Of a stretch of 64,000 nucleotides of DNA, positions 1 to 12,349 are shown piece by piece. The position numbers were made by a program, and so were the translations under genes. The notes beneath the pieces are model-generated. The model ran no database searches, was not told the DNA's origin, and worked only from the letters and a program-made list of their open reading frames with translations. Source of the DNA: Octopus sinensis (Eukaryota). The stretch is taken from NCBI RefSeq assembly GCF_006345805.1, contig NC_042998.1, forward strand, positions 36,208,001 through 36,272,000, given 5' to 3'. Position 1 is the first letter of the stretch, and each line of letters starts with the position of its first letter.

Positions 1-159
1 ATGAAATAAATTGAAGAAATCTATTTCCAAAATTACAAAGAATTCATAATATTTCCGAAAATGTGCATACATCAATACTTTTGACGCAAAATTCAAGAGA
101 ATATTCCAACGATATTTATAAATTCTTTTGGAAGAAACGTTAGGGTATCAGAAAAAATG

Positions 160-275
160 ATTAGCGTCATTTCTTCGAGCTCTTCACGTTTCGAGTTTCA
201 AATCTCGCCGAGGTCAACTTCACCTTTCATCATTTCCTCCTAAAATTGCTGGCTTTGTATTAAAATTTAGAACCA
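160..275 (+). mobile_element. Degenerate tRNA-derived SINE, family A
   Basis: gagtttcaaatctcgccgaggtcaacttcacctttcatc matches the family A core (gagttcaaattccgccgaggtcgactttgcctttcatcc) found many times in the window. Confidence 0.7.
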
Positions 276-479
276 TGGAATTCCAGACCGTTTTCAAACT
301 TTTCTCAGAGTTTGGCATCATAATAAAAGGGTTCCATTCCTTTCTTTGCTAGAAATCTCCGTGCTCCTTCTAGCAGTATAAAAATTCTTAAGTCCTCTAC
401 TCACAGCTCTCTCCCAGACTGGAGAATGTGGTCGATAGCAGTTCGATATATATGGCATTGCCATTTATAGATCTAGTGG

Positions 480-1080
480 TGGGTAACAGCGATGACTTTC
501 TCGAGGAAATACTGGGTGTCGACAAGGACGAACTAGCTGATCTGTTTCAGAAGACTTTCAGGTCGGGAACTACCATGGATAACGTCCAGAAACCTCTGCT
601 CTGGTAATGCTACTGAATGATACTGCCTGCATGAGATAAATTCTACAGGAACGAAACTATAGGTCTGTGCCCGATATGCGCAGAGAAGAACAAAACCTTA
701 CTGCATAACCCGTGCTGTACCCGATCATTACTGACTTGTTAAGTCGAACAGATGATGTCGCAAGTAGAGCAAACCCGAAAATCGGCTAATGTCATGGTAA
801 AGATCGCTCACCTTTAACAAGACAGGGCATGCGGCGTTCTTCCGTTTAGTAGCTATGGCGAGAAGGGTTGTGTGGGGAACAAGGATAAAAGGGCTGACAA
901 AAGATACCTTTATGTTCAGTGAAGACCTCAACGACTTTTAAAAGTTCAATTTGGAAACGAAAGAGGGGATGGAGAGAGAGAAAACTGCTCTCTCTCTCTC
1001 TGTTTCATGAATTTGTTAAATGGTGGGTGAATGTGACGGAAATGTCAGGGTAAATGAAAGTATTCTAATAATGTCCATTT
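480..1080 (+). mobile_element. Tx1/L1-clade LINE ORF2 3' fragment (decayed CCHC zinc-finger region)
   Basis: Colinear by eye with 8380-8900 (atggataacgtccagaaa vs atggataatttccagaaa; CPICAEKNKTLLH vs PKCAQSDETVLHALVQC; tttgttaaatggtgggtgaatgt); many stops. Confidence 0.7.
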
Positions 1081-1104
1081 AGATTGAAGAACAAAAGTTG
1101 AACC

Positions 1105-1900
1105 TTTGTATATTTATGCTTCTATTATCATATGGTGTTGCAAAGTCTATAATCTTAAACTGCTTTTGTTTTCTGCAACAACATCCGGTCTTCTTGCTTC
1201 AAGTGTATGGTTGGTCTTTATGGGGAAACCCCTTAAAATCCTGTTATTACATCACACCTTCAAGTTCATGATCGTACCATTTTTCGGCTGCTTTGAATCC
1301 GCACACTCGGTTAAGATCCTAATGCATTCTTTAACCGACACAGTCATGCCTTCTTTTATGCTGGTTGTTGTGCTAGTTTATGGCATTTACTTCTGTACTT
1401 GCTCTCCGCAGCTTCCAAGTTCTTTGATCTAATTCATGTAGCTCTGTCTTTGTCCATAGCAGATGAGTATCTTAATACTGGCACGGCCCTGTATTCTTGG
1501 TTTGATAAAATTTCCTCCATTTAATTGCATTTCGATTACCTTCTTAAATCTTCTCGTCTTCTCTTTAGAGGCTTTCTTATTTCTCCTTCCATTAGCCTAA
1601 CATCCTGCAGCATCCCTACCTACTTGTATGCCTAATTATTTCTGAACAATCCAACGATATGATCTTGTGGTAATTTTATACGATAAGTGTTTATATTTCG
1701 GCCTCTCTTCATAATTAATACTGGTCACTGATTCGCCCCAAACTGCAAAGTAGAAGGATATTGATAGGCGATTTCCAGGCCTCCGATTTCATCTGCATGC
1801 TTGTCAGACGGTTTAACACAATGATGAGAATTAATAGAAAGCGTGGGTGCACCCGGAAGATCTTGCAATTCATTCTGCGCATGTTACTTCTACTTTCTAT
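1105..1900 (-). mobile_element. R4/Dong-clade non-LTR retrotransposon relic (RT C-terminus plus restriction-like endonuclease)
   Basis: Minus-strand manual translation gives LIMKRG...QLNGGNFIKT..AVPVLRYSSA..WTKTELHELDQRT and KWYDHELEGV...TNHTLEARRPDVV...IIDFATPYDNR, typical of R4-type RT thumb and PD-(D/E)xK nuclease; frameshifted. Confidence 0.75.
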
Positions 1901-2774
1901 AAGATGCAGATGTTGCACACATCAGTAAACTTACAAAGGATCCTCGAATCATTTACCTGGATACTGAGGGTGCAATGTGTGTTAAAGTGGTAGGCAGGAG
2001 GGAGTGGGGTTGCACGTTTGCACACGAAGTGTTTTGTCTTTTTTCAAAATGCCTTCGCTGCCCACTCTACAACAAATTCAAAAACAACAGAAGCAACACC
2101 AAGATGAACAAAAGAAAAAAAGTACAAAGGATATAAACACAGAGAAATCAACCAGCTTCCAGTTTCCTTCTGTGAATTCTCGGTCAAAAGACGACGAGAG
2201 AAAGAACTCTGCAAAGATTGGCAAATTATTGATAGAAAGGTAGATACCAATACAACGTTGCCCATCATAAACTCTCTCGGAAAGATGGATGGAGGTCCAG
2301 AAACCCCAATGAACACTTGCCCACAAACTAGCATAAGCACTAAAACAACTTGGAAAAGAGAAAAAAAGATACCCAAACACATACAGGGACAAAAACAGTC
2401 TAATCCGTAACTATATCAATATCAATATGAAAACACACAGATACAGTAACAATAACAAAATAGCAAAAGAAAACCCCCAGAAATATAGTAAAAAAAGACA
2501 AAAAAATATATGTAGATATGAAACAATGTGAAGACTAAAAGACGAGGAAAGAAGAAATTAAGGATATTATGTTTTAAATATTCGAGGTGGACAAATTCTC
2601 AGAAAGTGTTGGAGTTGTCAGGACTATTAGAGCGGACTTCAAAGGACCAATCATCTGAAGGAGAAACCAGATTGTTCTCACTTGGTGAAAGCGAATAACC
2701 ATTCCCTGTATTTTTACTCTCAAAGATATAGCTTCACAAACCATACGCAAATTCATCATATATTACCCAGACTA

Positions 2775-3108
2775 TAAATGGCAGCCTGTCAATTACCACG
2801 ACAGGGGTTCCAGTTCATCCGATCAACGGAACAGCCTGCTCGTGAAATTAGCGGGCAAGTGGCTGAGTACTCCACAGACACATGCACCCTTAACATAGTT
2901 CTCAGGGAGATTCAGCATGAGACAGAATGTGACAAGGCTGGCCCCCTTTGAATTACAGCTACAACATATTTTTGCCAGAAGAGTGGACTACAGTAACATG
3001 GAATAAGATGTCTTGGTCTTGGACACAATGTACAGACACAGCTGGGAATCGAACTTGAGACCTTACCATTGTGAGCCGACTACCCAAACCATTAAGCCTC
3101 ACGCCTTC
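2775..3108 (-). mobile_element. tRNA-derived SINE, family B
   Basis: Reverse complement of 29907-30229; B-box-like head (gttcgattccc on minus) and conserved body ctcagccacttgc..taatttcacgagcaggctgttccgttgatcgg. Confidence 0.85.
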
Positions 3109-3324
3109 CCTTTACACAGCACACACACCATAAAGGACAAACCACAAATCACAAACGACGCACCACACGCGGCACACTTCACGTAACACGCTAAAAACCG
3201 CCCATTACACGTCCCTCATCTCCACCACATCATGTTCCACTTACAATCAAGGAACATGCCATACACAACATTATTTACATTATTTACAATTGACAGATAT
3301 TTGTCCTCATCTTGTTTGTTGTTA

Positions 3325-3368
3325 ACACAACGTTTCGGCTGATATATCCTCCAGCCTTCATCAGGTGT
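3325..3368 (-). ncRNA. Minimal type I hammerhead ribozyme (intact core)
   Basis: Minus strand: acac-CUGAUGA-a-ggcug[gaggauauau]cagcc-GAAA-cgu-U-gugu; stem I acac/gugu, stem II ggcug/cagcc, palindromic minimal stem III ACGU. Confidence 0.85.
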
Positions 3369-3437
3369 CTTGGGGAAATTTCGAACCTGGGTTCTCATTA
3401 CAAAGGTATTTTTTTTCGATGTTACTATTAACCACAA

Positions 3438-3515
3438 CGCCATATGCCTATAGTAGTGGTTGAGAGCGCGGGTTACTAACCCCAAGATTCCGAGTTCGAT
3501 TCCAGGCAGTGACCT
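3438..3515 (+). promoter_or_regulatory. tRNA-derived RNA polymerase III internal promoter (A and B boxes)
   Basis: A-box-like tagtggttgag, anticodon-arm-like gggttactaaccc, B box gagttcgattcc; the acceptor stem is not intact, so a SINE head and not a tRNA gene. Confidence 0.7.
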
Positions 3516-3589
3516 GAATAATAATAATATTGATAATAACATCGGAAAATACCTTAGAAATAAGAACCCAGGTTCGAAATTTCCCCAAG

Positions 3590-3633
3590 ACACCTGATGA
3601 AGGCTGGAGGGTATATCAGCCGAAACATTTTGT
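3590..3633 (+). ncRNA. Hammerhead ribozyme motif (core intact, stem III and stem I mutated)
   Basis: acacCTGATGAaggctggagggtatatcagccGAAAcattttgt; acgt->acat and gtgt->ttgt relative to the minus-strand copy. Confidence 0.75.
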
Positions 3634-3989
3634 TAACAACAAACAAGATGAGGACAAATATCTGTCAACTGTAAATAACGTAAATAATGTACATAATTCC
3701 TCATCTCTTAAATATAGAAATGTATGCCATACTCTGTCCATACCTTGTAGATACAACATCCCCACACAACAATGTACCAATCCGTTGCTCATTGTCTTTC
3801 TCAGCGCGCGTCATATTGGCGTCGTCTTCTTCTCGACGCGGCTCTCTTCAGTCGATCATCTGTAGAAATGGCCAATCTTCAAACGGCTCCTCTATAAAAC
3901 CCAATCTCTTATGTCAACATTGCCATACACAGTGTTTCAAATTGTAAATCAACAAACGTCAACTTACATCAATACCATTATTGGAATCT

Positions 3990-4133
3990 CTCCCTCCCTC
4001 CACCTCTCTCTCTATGTCTCTATCTCTCTCTCTATGTCTCTCATTCTCTATGTCTCTCCTTCTCTATGTCTCTCTCTCTCAAAAGCAGATTCAGCAAATT
4101 CTCTACCACAGAAAACCAACACCACCACTACCT

Positions 4134-4214
<81 letters not shown>

Positions 4215-5910
4215 TCGCCGCCGCCATCACAAGCGTCCATCACAAGCATCCACAGTACCACCCACCCACCACTACTACTATTACTACTACCACCACCACC
4301 ATTGCATCAGCCGCGACCGCGTGCTGCTGCTGTTGCTGCTGCTGCTGCTCCTGCCACTACTACTACTACTACTACTACACTTTGACAGAAAAGTAATCAA
4401 CGCCTGACCACAATGATTTCGACCAACGGCGACGACGATGACCGCCATCACACCACCACCTCCGCCCCTACCACTACCAGCACAAGAACACAACTGCAAG
4501 CATCGCTCCACCTCCACCATCACCAGAAATTACCGTTTACCTGGATATCAACAGAACATCCTCAGCATCTACGACACTACTTACACCATCACAAGCAAAC
4601 ACCCGATCTACCCCATCGCCATCCTCCAAAACCACCATCACCATCACCGCCGCTACCACCATCACCACCATCACCATCGCCAGCATCCACCACCTCCACA
4701 TCAGTTCCACCACCACCACCACCACCACCACCACCACCACCACCACCACCACCATCACCACCACCACCAACAACAACACCACTACCACCGCCACCATCAT
4801 CACCATCAGAAGCATTCATCACCCCCACCGCCCACCACCCCACCTCCAACACTACCATCGCTACCACCATCACCACCATCGCCACTACCATCATCGCAAC
4901 ACACCAAGTACCGCACACCACCATCACCACCACCACACAACAACAACAACACCCCGCCACATCAGAAGCATTCATCACCCCCACGCCACCACCCCACCTC
5001 CAACACTACCATAACCGCCACCATCGCCACTACCATCATCGCTACCACCATCACCAGCACCACTACCACCGCCATCACAATCATCTATAGTACCCCCACC
5101 TCCACCACCTATTCTAGCCAACAATAACGTACACCATTTCTTGTATAAGACCAACAATATGAACAACGTAAACATCCTTGTTTACACACACACACACACA
5201 CACACAACACAACACACCACACCACATACACACACACACACACACATACACACACTCACACGTATACATACAACCCAAACACAGCCACACTCCTATCTGC
5301 CCTAAATAGATACACACACATGTATACACAGGCGTATATAACGACATAAACACTCTTATACATCCATTTTCTACAATGCTCTCAAACAGAAAAGCAAAAA
5401 GTTGTTCCTGTACACAAATATACACGTGAAAGCGGGAACTTGTACACACACAGCCTCCACATATGCGTATAATAAAGTACGTACATGAACATATACATAT
5501 ACATAATACATACATACATACATACATGCATACATATATATACATACATGCATATATATATGCATACATATATATATATACATACGTACATATATATACA
5601 TACGTACATATATATACATACGTACATATATATACATACGTACATATATATATACATATATACATACATACATACATATATATATACATATATACATACA
5701 TACATATATATATATATACATACATATATATATATATATACATACATATATATATATACATACATATATATATATATACATACATACATATATATATACA
5801 TACATATATATACACACATACATACATACATACATATATATTATATATATACATACAATTATACACATACATACATATATATACACACATACATACATAC
5901 ATATACACAC

Positions 5911-5941
<31 letters not shown>

Positions 5942-6047
5942 CATACATAATACACACAATACATATATACAGCATACATACATACATATAGCATACATAA
6001 TACATATACACGCATACATACATATACACACATACATACATACATAC

Positions 6048-6085
<38 letters not shown>
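3990..6085. repeat. Compound simple-repeat field: (CT)n, (TAC)n, (CAC/CAT)n, (CA)n, (TA/TACA)n
   Basis: Directly visible; accounts for the poly-T/H/P/Y ORFs; contains a ~55-bp duplicated unit at ~4805 and ~4960 (catcagaagcattcatcacccccac...). Confidence 0.95.
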
Positions 6086-6259
6086 ATATAATGCCTTCTC
6101 ACACAACTTCTTTTGCCTTCTTTGTTCAATTCAAACAATTCCTATAATAATACCCACAATTCCAGTGCCACTGGTATTTCTTTCTATGGATTCTGGCTGG
6201 GAGAACAAATAAAAAAGAACAACAAAAAATACGTAAAAGAAAAAGAAGTACTGCCGCTC

Positions 6260-6432
6260 CTACCCACCTCCACCACCGCCGCCGCCGTCGCCGTCGCCGC
6301 AATCGAATTAATAATTCGATCATTACGATCCAGTCCCCTTTACCATCGTCAGCCATCATTAACTACTGACAAAAGGATATTTTCGTTATGGCAATCTTCA
6401 CCGTCACCATCGTGATCGTCGTTATCGCCGCC

Positions 6433-6470
<38 letters not shown>

Positions 6471-6535
6471 ACCACCACCACAACCACAACCACCAGCGCA
6501 ACTGTCACCACCGCCACGCCGCCGCCGCCGCTGCC
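6260..6535. repeat. GC-rich trinucleotide repeats (GCC/CAC)n
   Basis: (gcc)n and (cac)n runs. Confidence 0.85.
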
Positions 6536-6790
6536 ATGAAGCCATTATCAACATTATCAAAACTATTATTGTTGAATCACTTGTATTAATGTCACTGCTA
6601 ATACAAGAGACTTCTATGTTCTCACTCGACAATAGCAGCCAAATCTTCCTCAAATCATTATCTACGGCTTAAAAAAGGGAGGATAATTTCTACCATGGAG
6701 TCCTAGATATATGAGGAAATCATTATTATTATTATTATTATTATTATAATTATTATTATTATTATTATTATTATTATCATCATTATTATT

Positions 6791-6835
<45 letters not shown>

Positions 6836-7174
6836 GTTGAGTGAGCGAGCAGAGCATGCCATCAAAGTGACACTGGGGTAAAATATACGAAGCCCAGTAT
6901 ACCCATCATGACTACCCGTCTGATAAGGGTACACCAGGCACATGCATCACAACCATATGTGCGCGACATGGTGATCTCATATCAAGATAAACAGCACATG
7001 ACCTTGCAGGTGGAGCCCAGTTAGAATTTTCTTCAGATCGAGTAACCCATCCCGCTCAAAAGGTCCCTGAATAAGGGTTGTTTAAGGACGTTGAACGAAA
7101 CACCCATGTTTCCAGAGGTGAATTATTCAAACCCCAAAGAATCCTTCTCAACACATGGCTATGATGCTCCCCCA
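6836..7174. mobile_element. Unclassified ~340-bp element embedded in (TTA)n arrays
   Basis: Complex-sequence island of higher GC, flanked by long (tta)n arrays at 6720-6835 and 7176-7270; no coding motif recognised. Confidence 0.5.
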
Positions 7175-7188
7175 ATTTATTATTATTA

Positions 7189-7271
<83 letters not shown>

Positions 7272-7339
7272 TTGCCGCGGAACACATTCGGACGCTCCAA
7301 GTAAGTCCCGTTCAATATATTTATTTGCACTAGGATTGG

Positions 7340-9150
7340 TGTCCACTGACGTGGGTGGGGCATTGATCAATTCGGATCAATCTAAAGCCTTTGATAGGGT
7401 CGACCGCCAATACTTGGCGGCCAGTTTCAGTCCCGTTTTCCGTGGTTGGATCGCTGCAATGTACAGTAACACCTGCTCGGTTGTTTAGGTGAACGGTTAC
7501 TTATTGGAACCATTCAGCATCATGCGTTCGGTCCGGTGAGGGTGTTCCTTCTCGGCTCTCCGGTATGTGATGGCTCTGGAGCTACTATTGCGGAAAGTGA
7601 AGGCGTTGAGAAGCATCCCACGTGAGAACATAGACCTAGTCGGCACCTCTCTAAAAGAAGACAATGCGGTGACTGGAGCAAAACTTAACCAGAAGTCAGT
7701 GAGTCTGAAACTCGGCACCTGGAGAGGCAGATCTATGCCTTCCAACAGCGCCGTGGGACGTCCGATGGAAGGGTCAGTTAAATTGCTCGAGGTCTGGTTC
7801 GGTTCAGATCTCCAGGTGGAGAAGAACTGGGACGAAGTAGCTAGCAGGGTGGTCAGCCTCACCCAGAAAAGGGCTGAGAGAAAGCTATCCCAGAAAGGTC
7901 GGGCATGCGTACATCGAATCCGTCATCTACTACCGCCTCGCCGTCGTGTCTGGCCGAACTGGAGCGCCTACTTTCTTGCTTTCTGTGGAAGGGACGCGTT
8001 CCACTGGTCAGGCGCTCTATTTACCGTCAACACCTGCTGAATGGAGGGATGGGTATGTTGTGGCTATTAATGCGCAGACATGCGCTGAGACTGCAGTATT
8101 TCCAGCGTTTCCTAGACGGTGAGCAGGTGTAGTTGCCGTTTGTCAGAGGTGATTTCCTACAGCTCGTCCCTTTGGCTGAGCTGCAGTCCTGAATCAAACG
8201 TAAACCGAGGCAGGGTACCTGACTCGTTGAGTGTCGTCAGGCGCTCACACTCTTCTGCTAGTCGGGCAATGTGGTCGGTGGAAATTCCACTGTGGCTTTC
8301 TATAGAGGGTTAGTGGCAGGTAAATGCGATGACGTTCTCGGGGAGACTCTGAGCGTCGACGAGACGAGTCGGTTTGTTCCCGAGAACTTTTGTGCCGGGG
8401 CCTATGGATAATTTCCAGAAATCCTTTACCTGGCAGTTCTACCGCAGGGCACTGCCTGTTCGGCATAATCTCTAGAGGCACGAAAGTGCAGTCAGTCAGG
8501 TTTTTCCCTAAATGTGCACAGAGTGACGAAACCGTTTTGCACGCTCTCGTCCAGTGCACGAGTATTTCTGACTTGTAGGTTTATGTCGAACACTTGCTAT
8601 CACGTGTGGGACGGATCTAGCTATCGGCTGAGTCCATTGTGAAGTTAGTCCCGCCGCCTCCCTTGGTCGGGAAGGGCGGGCTGTTTTTCTTTGCCTGATA
8701 GTCTTGGTGAAAGAGGTTGTGTGGGGAACAAGATTGAAAAGGCTGAAGACAGACACTTTCCTCTTTGGTCAAGCTCTCATCAACGTTTCCAAGTTTCAAG
8801 TTTCACTTGAAAAGGAAGTTGAGGGTGGAGAGGGAAGTTCTTTCCCCGCAGCAAATTTGTTAAAAGGTGGGTGAATGTTCTAAGAATGACCCGAATGATG
8901 GGCCTACTCTAAGCATACTTTTGTAGACAACGTGGAGAGAGTGCTTACCCTGGGGGGTCAGGCCTGTCGGGGATTAGTGGTGTTTCCACGTGCAGTCTTA
9001 GGAGGTCTGCCTCTTTGAGGAAGTTTTGTTATTATAATCCATTGTTTTTAGTGTATACACGACTTTCATATAACCCCACATTCTATTTATCCTGTGCTGT
9101 CCACAATGTTTCTTTTTAATGTAAAACCTTTGTGGTTAATAAAGAAATAA
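7340..9150 (+). mobile_element. Tx1/L1-clade LINE, 5'-truncated decayed ORF2 (RT plus C-terminal zinc finger) and 3' end
   Basis: GALINSDQSKAFDRVDRQYL (7357), VNGYLLEPFSIMRSVR*GCSFSALRY (VRQGCPLS motif), YADD region deleted, VKLLEVWFG, RKLSQKGRA, NGGMGM, PKCAQSDETVLHALVQC; ends ccttgtggttaataaagaaata plus (caa/taa)n. Confidence 0.9.
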
Positions 9151-9177
9151 TAGTAACAACAACAACAATAATAATAA

Positions 9178-9382
9178 TCCTTTATATTAAAGGTACAAGG
9201 TCTGAAATTTTGGGGGAGCACTCGATTATATCAACCCCAGTGCGTAAGTGGCACTATTTCATTGACCCCCAAAGCATGAAAGGCAAAGTCTACCTCAGCG
9301 GAATTTGAACTCGGAACGTAAAGACGGACGAAATGCCGCTAAGCAATTGTGCTTGCATGCTAATGATTCTGCCAGCTCACCG

Positions 9383-9385
<3 letters not shown>
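9178..9385 (-). mobile_element. SINE family A
   Basis: Reverse complement of family A (gaaaggcaaagtc..cctcagcggaatttgaactc..aacgtaaagacggacgaaat). Confidence 0.85.
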
Positions 9386-9431
<46 letters not shown>

Positions 9432-9433
<2 letters not shown>

Positions 9434-10049
9434 TCAGTAGTTTTATTTTTATAATGCTTTCACTTCACTACCGAGCGCAGCTCTGTGTGCCTTGGGTATG
9501 TGCTGTGATTTGTTGTGATGCTCTGATGGTTACTGTATTGAAAGTGTTCTGCGTAGGATGTGTGAAGTGCCTAGTAGTGCAATTTTCTGTATGTTATATG
9601 TGTTTGTAAGTCCTGGTGTTTTTGTTATGTATTTGTCTGAATATATTTTTATCATGCCTAATGCACCTACTATGATAGGAATTGTTTCTGTTTTTAGATT
9701 CCACATTCTAGTTACCTCTATTTCCAGGTCTTTGTATTTTGAAAGTTTCTCCATTTCTTTTAGAGACACGTTGTCATCTGCTGGTATTGATACATTAATT
9801 AAAAAGCATTTTTTTTTTCCTGATCTCTAACAACTATATCTGGTCTGTTGGCCTTAATTTCTCTATCTGTGTGTATTGGCATATCCCAGAGCATGGTTGC
9901 TTTCTTGTTTTCTGTGACCTTTTCTGGTGTATGCCTATACCATCTTTTTTCTGTTGTTATTCCATAATGTTGACATAGCTTCCAGTGTATGTAGCTCCCA
10001 ACTCTGTCGTGTCTGTGAATATATTCCTTCTTAGCCAGGTCTGGGCAGC

Positions 10050-10080
<31 letters not shown>

Positions 10081-10160
10081 ATTATTATCAGAGGTAATAT
10101 GATTTATTGTTTCTTGTCCATCTCCACATATTCTGCAGTTACTTGTTATATTTCTTTTCA
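9432..10160 (-). mobile_element. R4/Dong-clade non-LTR retrotransposon 3' end (CCHC zinc knuckle plus restriction-like endonuclease)
   Basis: CRICGDGQETINHI..SCP, YIHRHDRV, LWDMPIHTDREIKANRPDIVV, KEMEKLSKYKDL, PIIVGALG, QKIALLGTSHILRRTL; flanked on both sides by (TAA)n, the known target of Dong elements. Confidence 0.92.
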
Positions 10161-10187
10161 TTATTATTATTATTATTATTATTATTA

Positions 10188-10400
10188 AGGTGACAAGCTG
10201 GCAGAATCGTTAACACGCCGGGCAAAATACTTAGCGGTATTTCGTCCGTCTTTACGTTCTGAGTTCAAATTTCATCGTGGTTGACTTTGCCTTTCATCCT
10301 TTCGGGGTCGATAAAATAAGTACCGGTTGAGCACTGGAGCTGATGTAATCGACTTACCCCATCCCCTGAAATTATTGGCCTTGTGCCAAAATTTGAAACG
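10188..10400 (+). mobile_element. SINE family A
   Basis: aaggtgacaagctggcagaatcgttaacacgccgggc...gagttcaaat...gcctttcatcctttcggggtcgataaaataagtacc. Confidence 0.9.
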
Positions 10401-10479
10401 TCATCATCATCATTATTATTATTATTATTATTATTATTACATTCTTTGTGCGTTATTTATAGCAAAATACTTTAATAAG

Positions 10480-10790
10480 TCAACGAAAGACACTGAGAAT
10501 ACCTGAAGAGTAAAATATAGGCTGGCAGGGAATTCAAGAGTGTAGAATTTTGAGCGAAAATGATAGAGTAAAGTGATTTTTGAGGGAGATGTAACACAGC
10601 AGACATAAGATGAGGAGAGGATGCGGGGCAGGGTATAAAATGGATAAGGGTGTGGGTAGGAGGTGGTGCGTTAGTTCAGAGGCGACGCTGTTGTGGCGGT
10701 GATAGAGGAGACAGTGTCTGTGGCCTATTAGTTGTAGCGTGTTGGTGAATGAATTTTTGCCAATTAGCCGGATGTATCTAGCGATTTGGC
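10480..10790 (-). mobile_element. CR1/L2/Jockey-group LINE ORF2 C-terminal relic
   Basis: Minus translation ARYIRLIG..TNTLQLIGHR..LLYHRHNS..SEL...SFS....*NSLPAYI resembles the RAIRLIG..LQPLSHRR..LFYRY..SEL..SFF..WNSLP tail of these LINEs. Confidence 0.6.
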
Positions 10791-10935
10791 ATACATAATT
10801 AATAACAGCATCAAACATCAATCTTCTCGAATTAGTAGGCGCATCTCCTGGAAACTACCATCGTGAATTTATATTTGTTGTTTCAATAATCTATGAATAC
10901 GCGAAGAATACACGTTCGTATTATATACGTATATA

Positions 10936-10991
<56 letters not shown>

Positions 10992-11668
10992 GGCAGACTA
11001 GCAATTTAAGATAAAAATTCAATGAATATAACTGATAGAACAAGGAAAGAAAGAATTAATAAATTATGAAGACGAAAATTAAGAAAAGAAGGCGAAGGAA
11101 GAAAATATGAGAAAGAAAGATGCTAAAAGGAAAACAGAAACACTTGGACAGTTGATATTAGCAAAGTTCATTAAGACACTACAAGCAATCTATTGCTTAA
11201 CAAAAGTCTATGGCGTATGAGAACAGCCTGGAACAATCGAATGACGGGTTTGATACATAGACTTATAGCGAGTTTGCAGTAACGTTATTAAGCAAGTTTT
11301 ATGTTGCCGTAATGTTTCCGCTCTTGGCAGCAATAAAATATGGTTCCTAATCTACTTCCTGCGCTTCATGTGAGCAGCAACGTTAAATTCCTTACGATAA
11401 CTAATCGTTGCTATTTACTGTAGGGAGAATTTTCTTCTCGATAAATATGTTGAGTTACAATAAATCACTGAGTAATGCTGTCGATAATAGCTTAGAACCG
11501 GCGTTGTTGATCGGTCGATCAACTAAAATCATTTGTCTATTGGAAAAACACAGATGAAAGACAAATACACGCGATTGGTTCTTAAATTCGGAAACACTGT
11601 ATACAATTATGTTTACATAAAGCTATATAAATATTTTCTTTCTTTTCCGTGCGCCGGACACCTACACG

Positions 11669-11749
<81 letters not shown>

Positions 11750-12349
11750 ACACACACACACACACACGTCACACACACACATTTATCAATTACACAGTAA
11801 TCTTCTACATAGAATAGTGAAACCAAAACCGTCATTGCAATTCGGTTTACTGGAATTTGCTTCTCCATTCTGACGCGTGTTATTCGGTTGTCATGGAGAT
11901 ATATAAGATGTAAAAATGGCGAACGTGGCGTTATTATTACTGTTTAACCCCAAGTCAGCTCCGAGTTAGTAGACAAATAACAAAATTTTTTTCCCCTTTC
12001 TGATTTCGCCGTCTTTTTATTCAGAGATAGATAGATAGATAAATAGATAGATAGATAGAGAGAGAGAGAGGGTGTGTGTGTGTATATGCAAAACAGCAAC
12101 ATGCAATCTGTTCTTCTTTCTGGTGTGTATTTTGTGTTAAAGTTGGCCGAACGAGCCACTACACTGTGGTTTCTTAGTTAAAGCGAAGAAGGTTCATATC
12201 ATGTCTCGGCTTTGTGTTGTGTCAGCGGCCCTTATACTTTGCTCTCAGTAATTCAGTTTGAATAGTGTATGTACTCTAATGTTGTACAGCTTCTTGCAGT
12301 AAATCACAAGAAGACCATATACTTAAAGAGGGTTTTGTAAGCAGCATGG

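Larger units (their letters stand above)
3265..3723 (+). mobile_element. tRNA-headed SINE-like element with hammerhead ribozyme and inverted pseudo-LTR (Penelope-type architecture), copy 1
   Basis: Inverted repeat 3268-3430 / 3531-3690; tRNA-like A/B-box head 3438-3515; unique 3' tail 3691-3723; 9-bp direct repeat atgccatac at 3256-3264 and 3724-3732; second copy at 54288-54657. Confidence 0.88.

Noticed and set aside
2004-2780. K/Q-rich ORF and downstream sequence as a gene or LINE ORF1
   Set aside because: Low-complexity A-rich sequence with no diagnostic motif.
3438-3515. Possible tRNA gene
   Set aside because: A/B boxes are present but there is no proper acceptor stem or cloverleaf, and it is part of a repeated element. 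The other SINE heads were rejected as tRNA genes for the same reason.
3911-6212. Long ORFs (up to 330 aa) rich in T, H, P, Y/I and C/V
   Set aside because: They are stop-free translations of microsatellites, open in several frames and on both strands. The same applies to similar ORFs at 15-16, 23-29, 38-42 and 50-54 kb.
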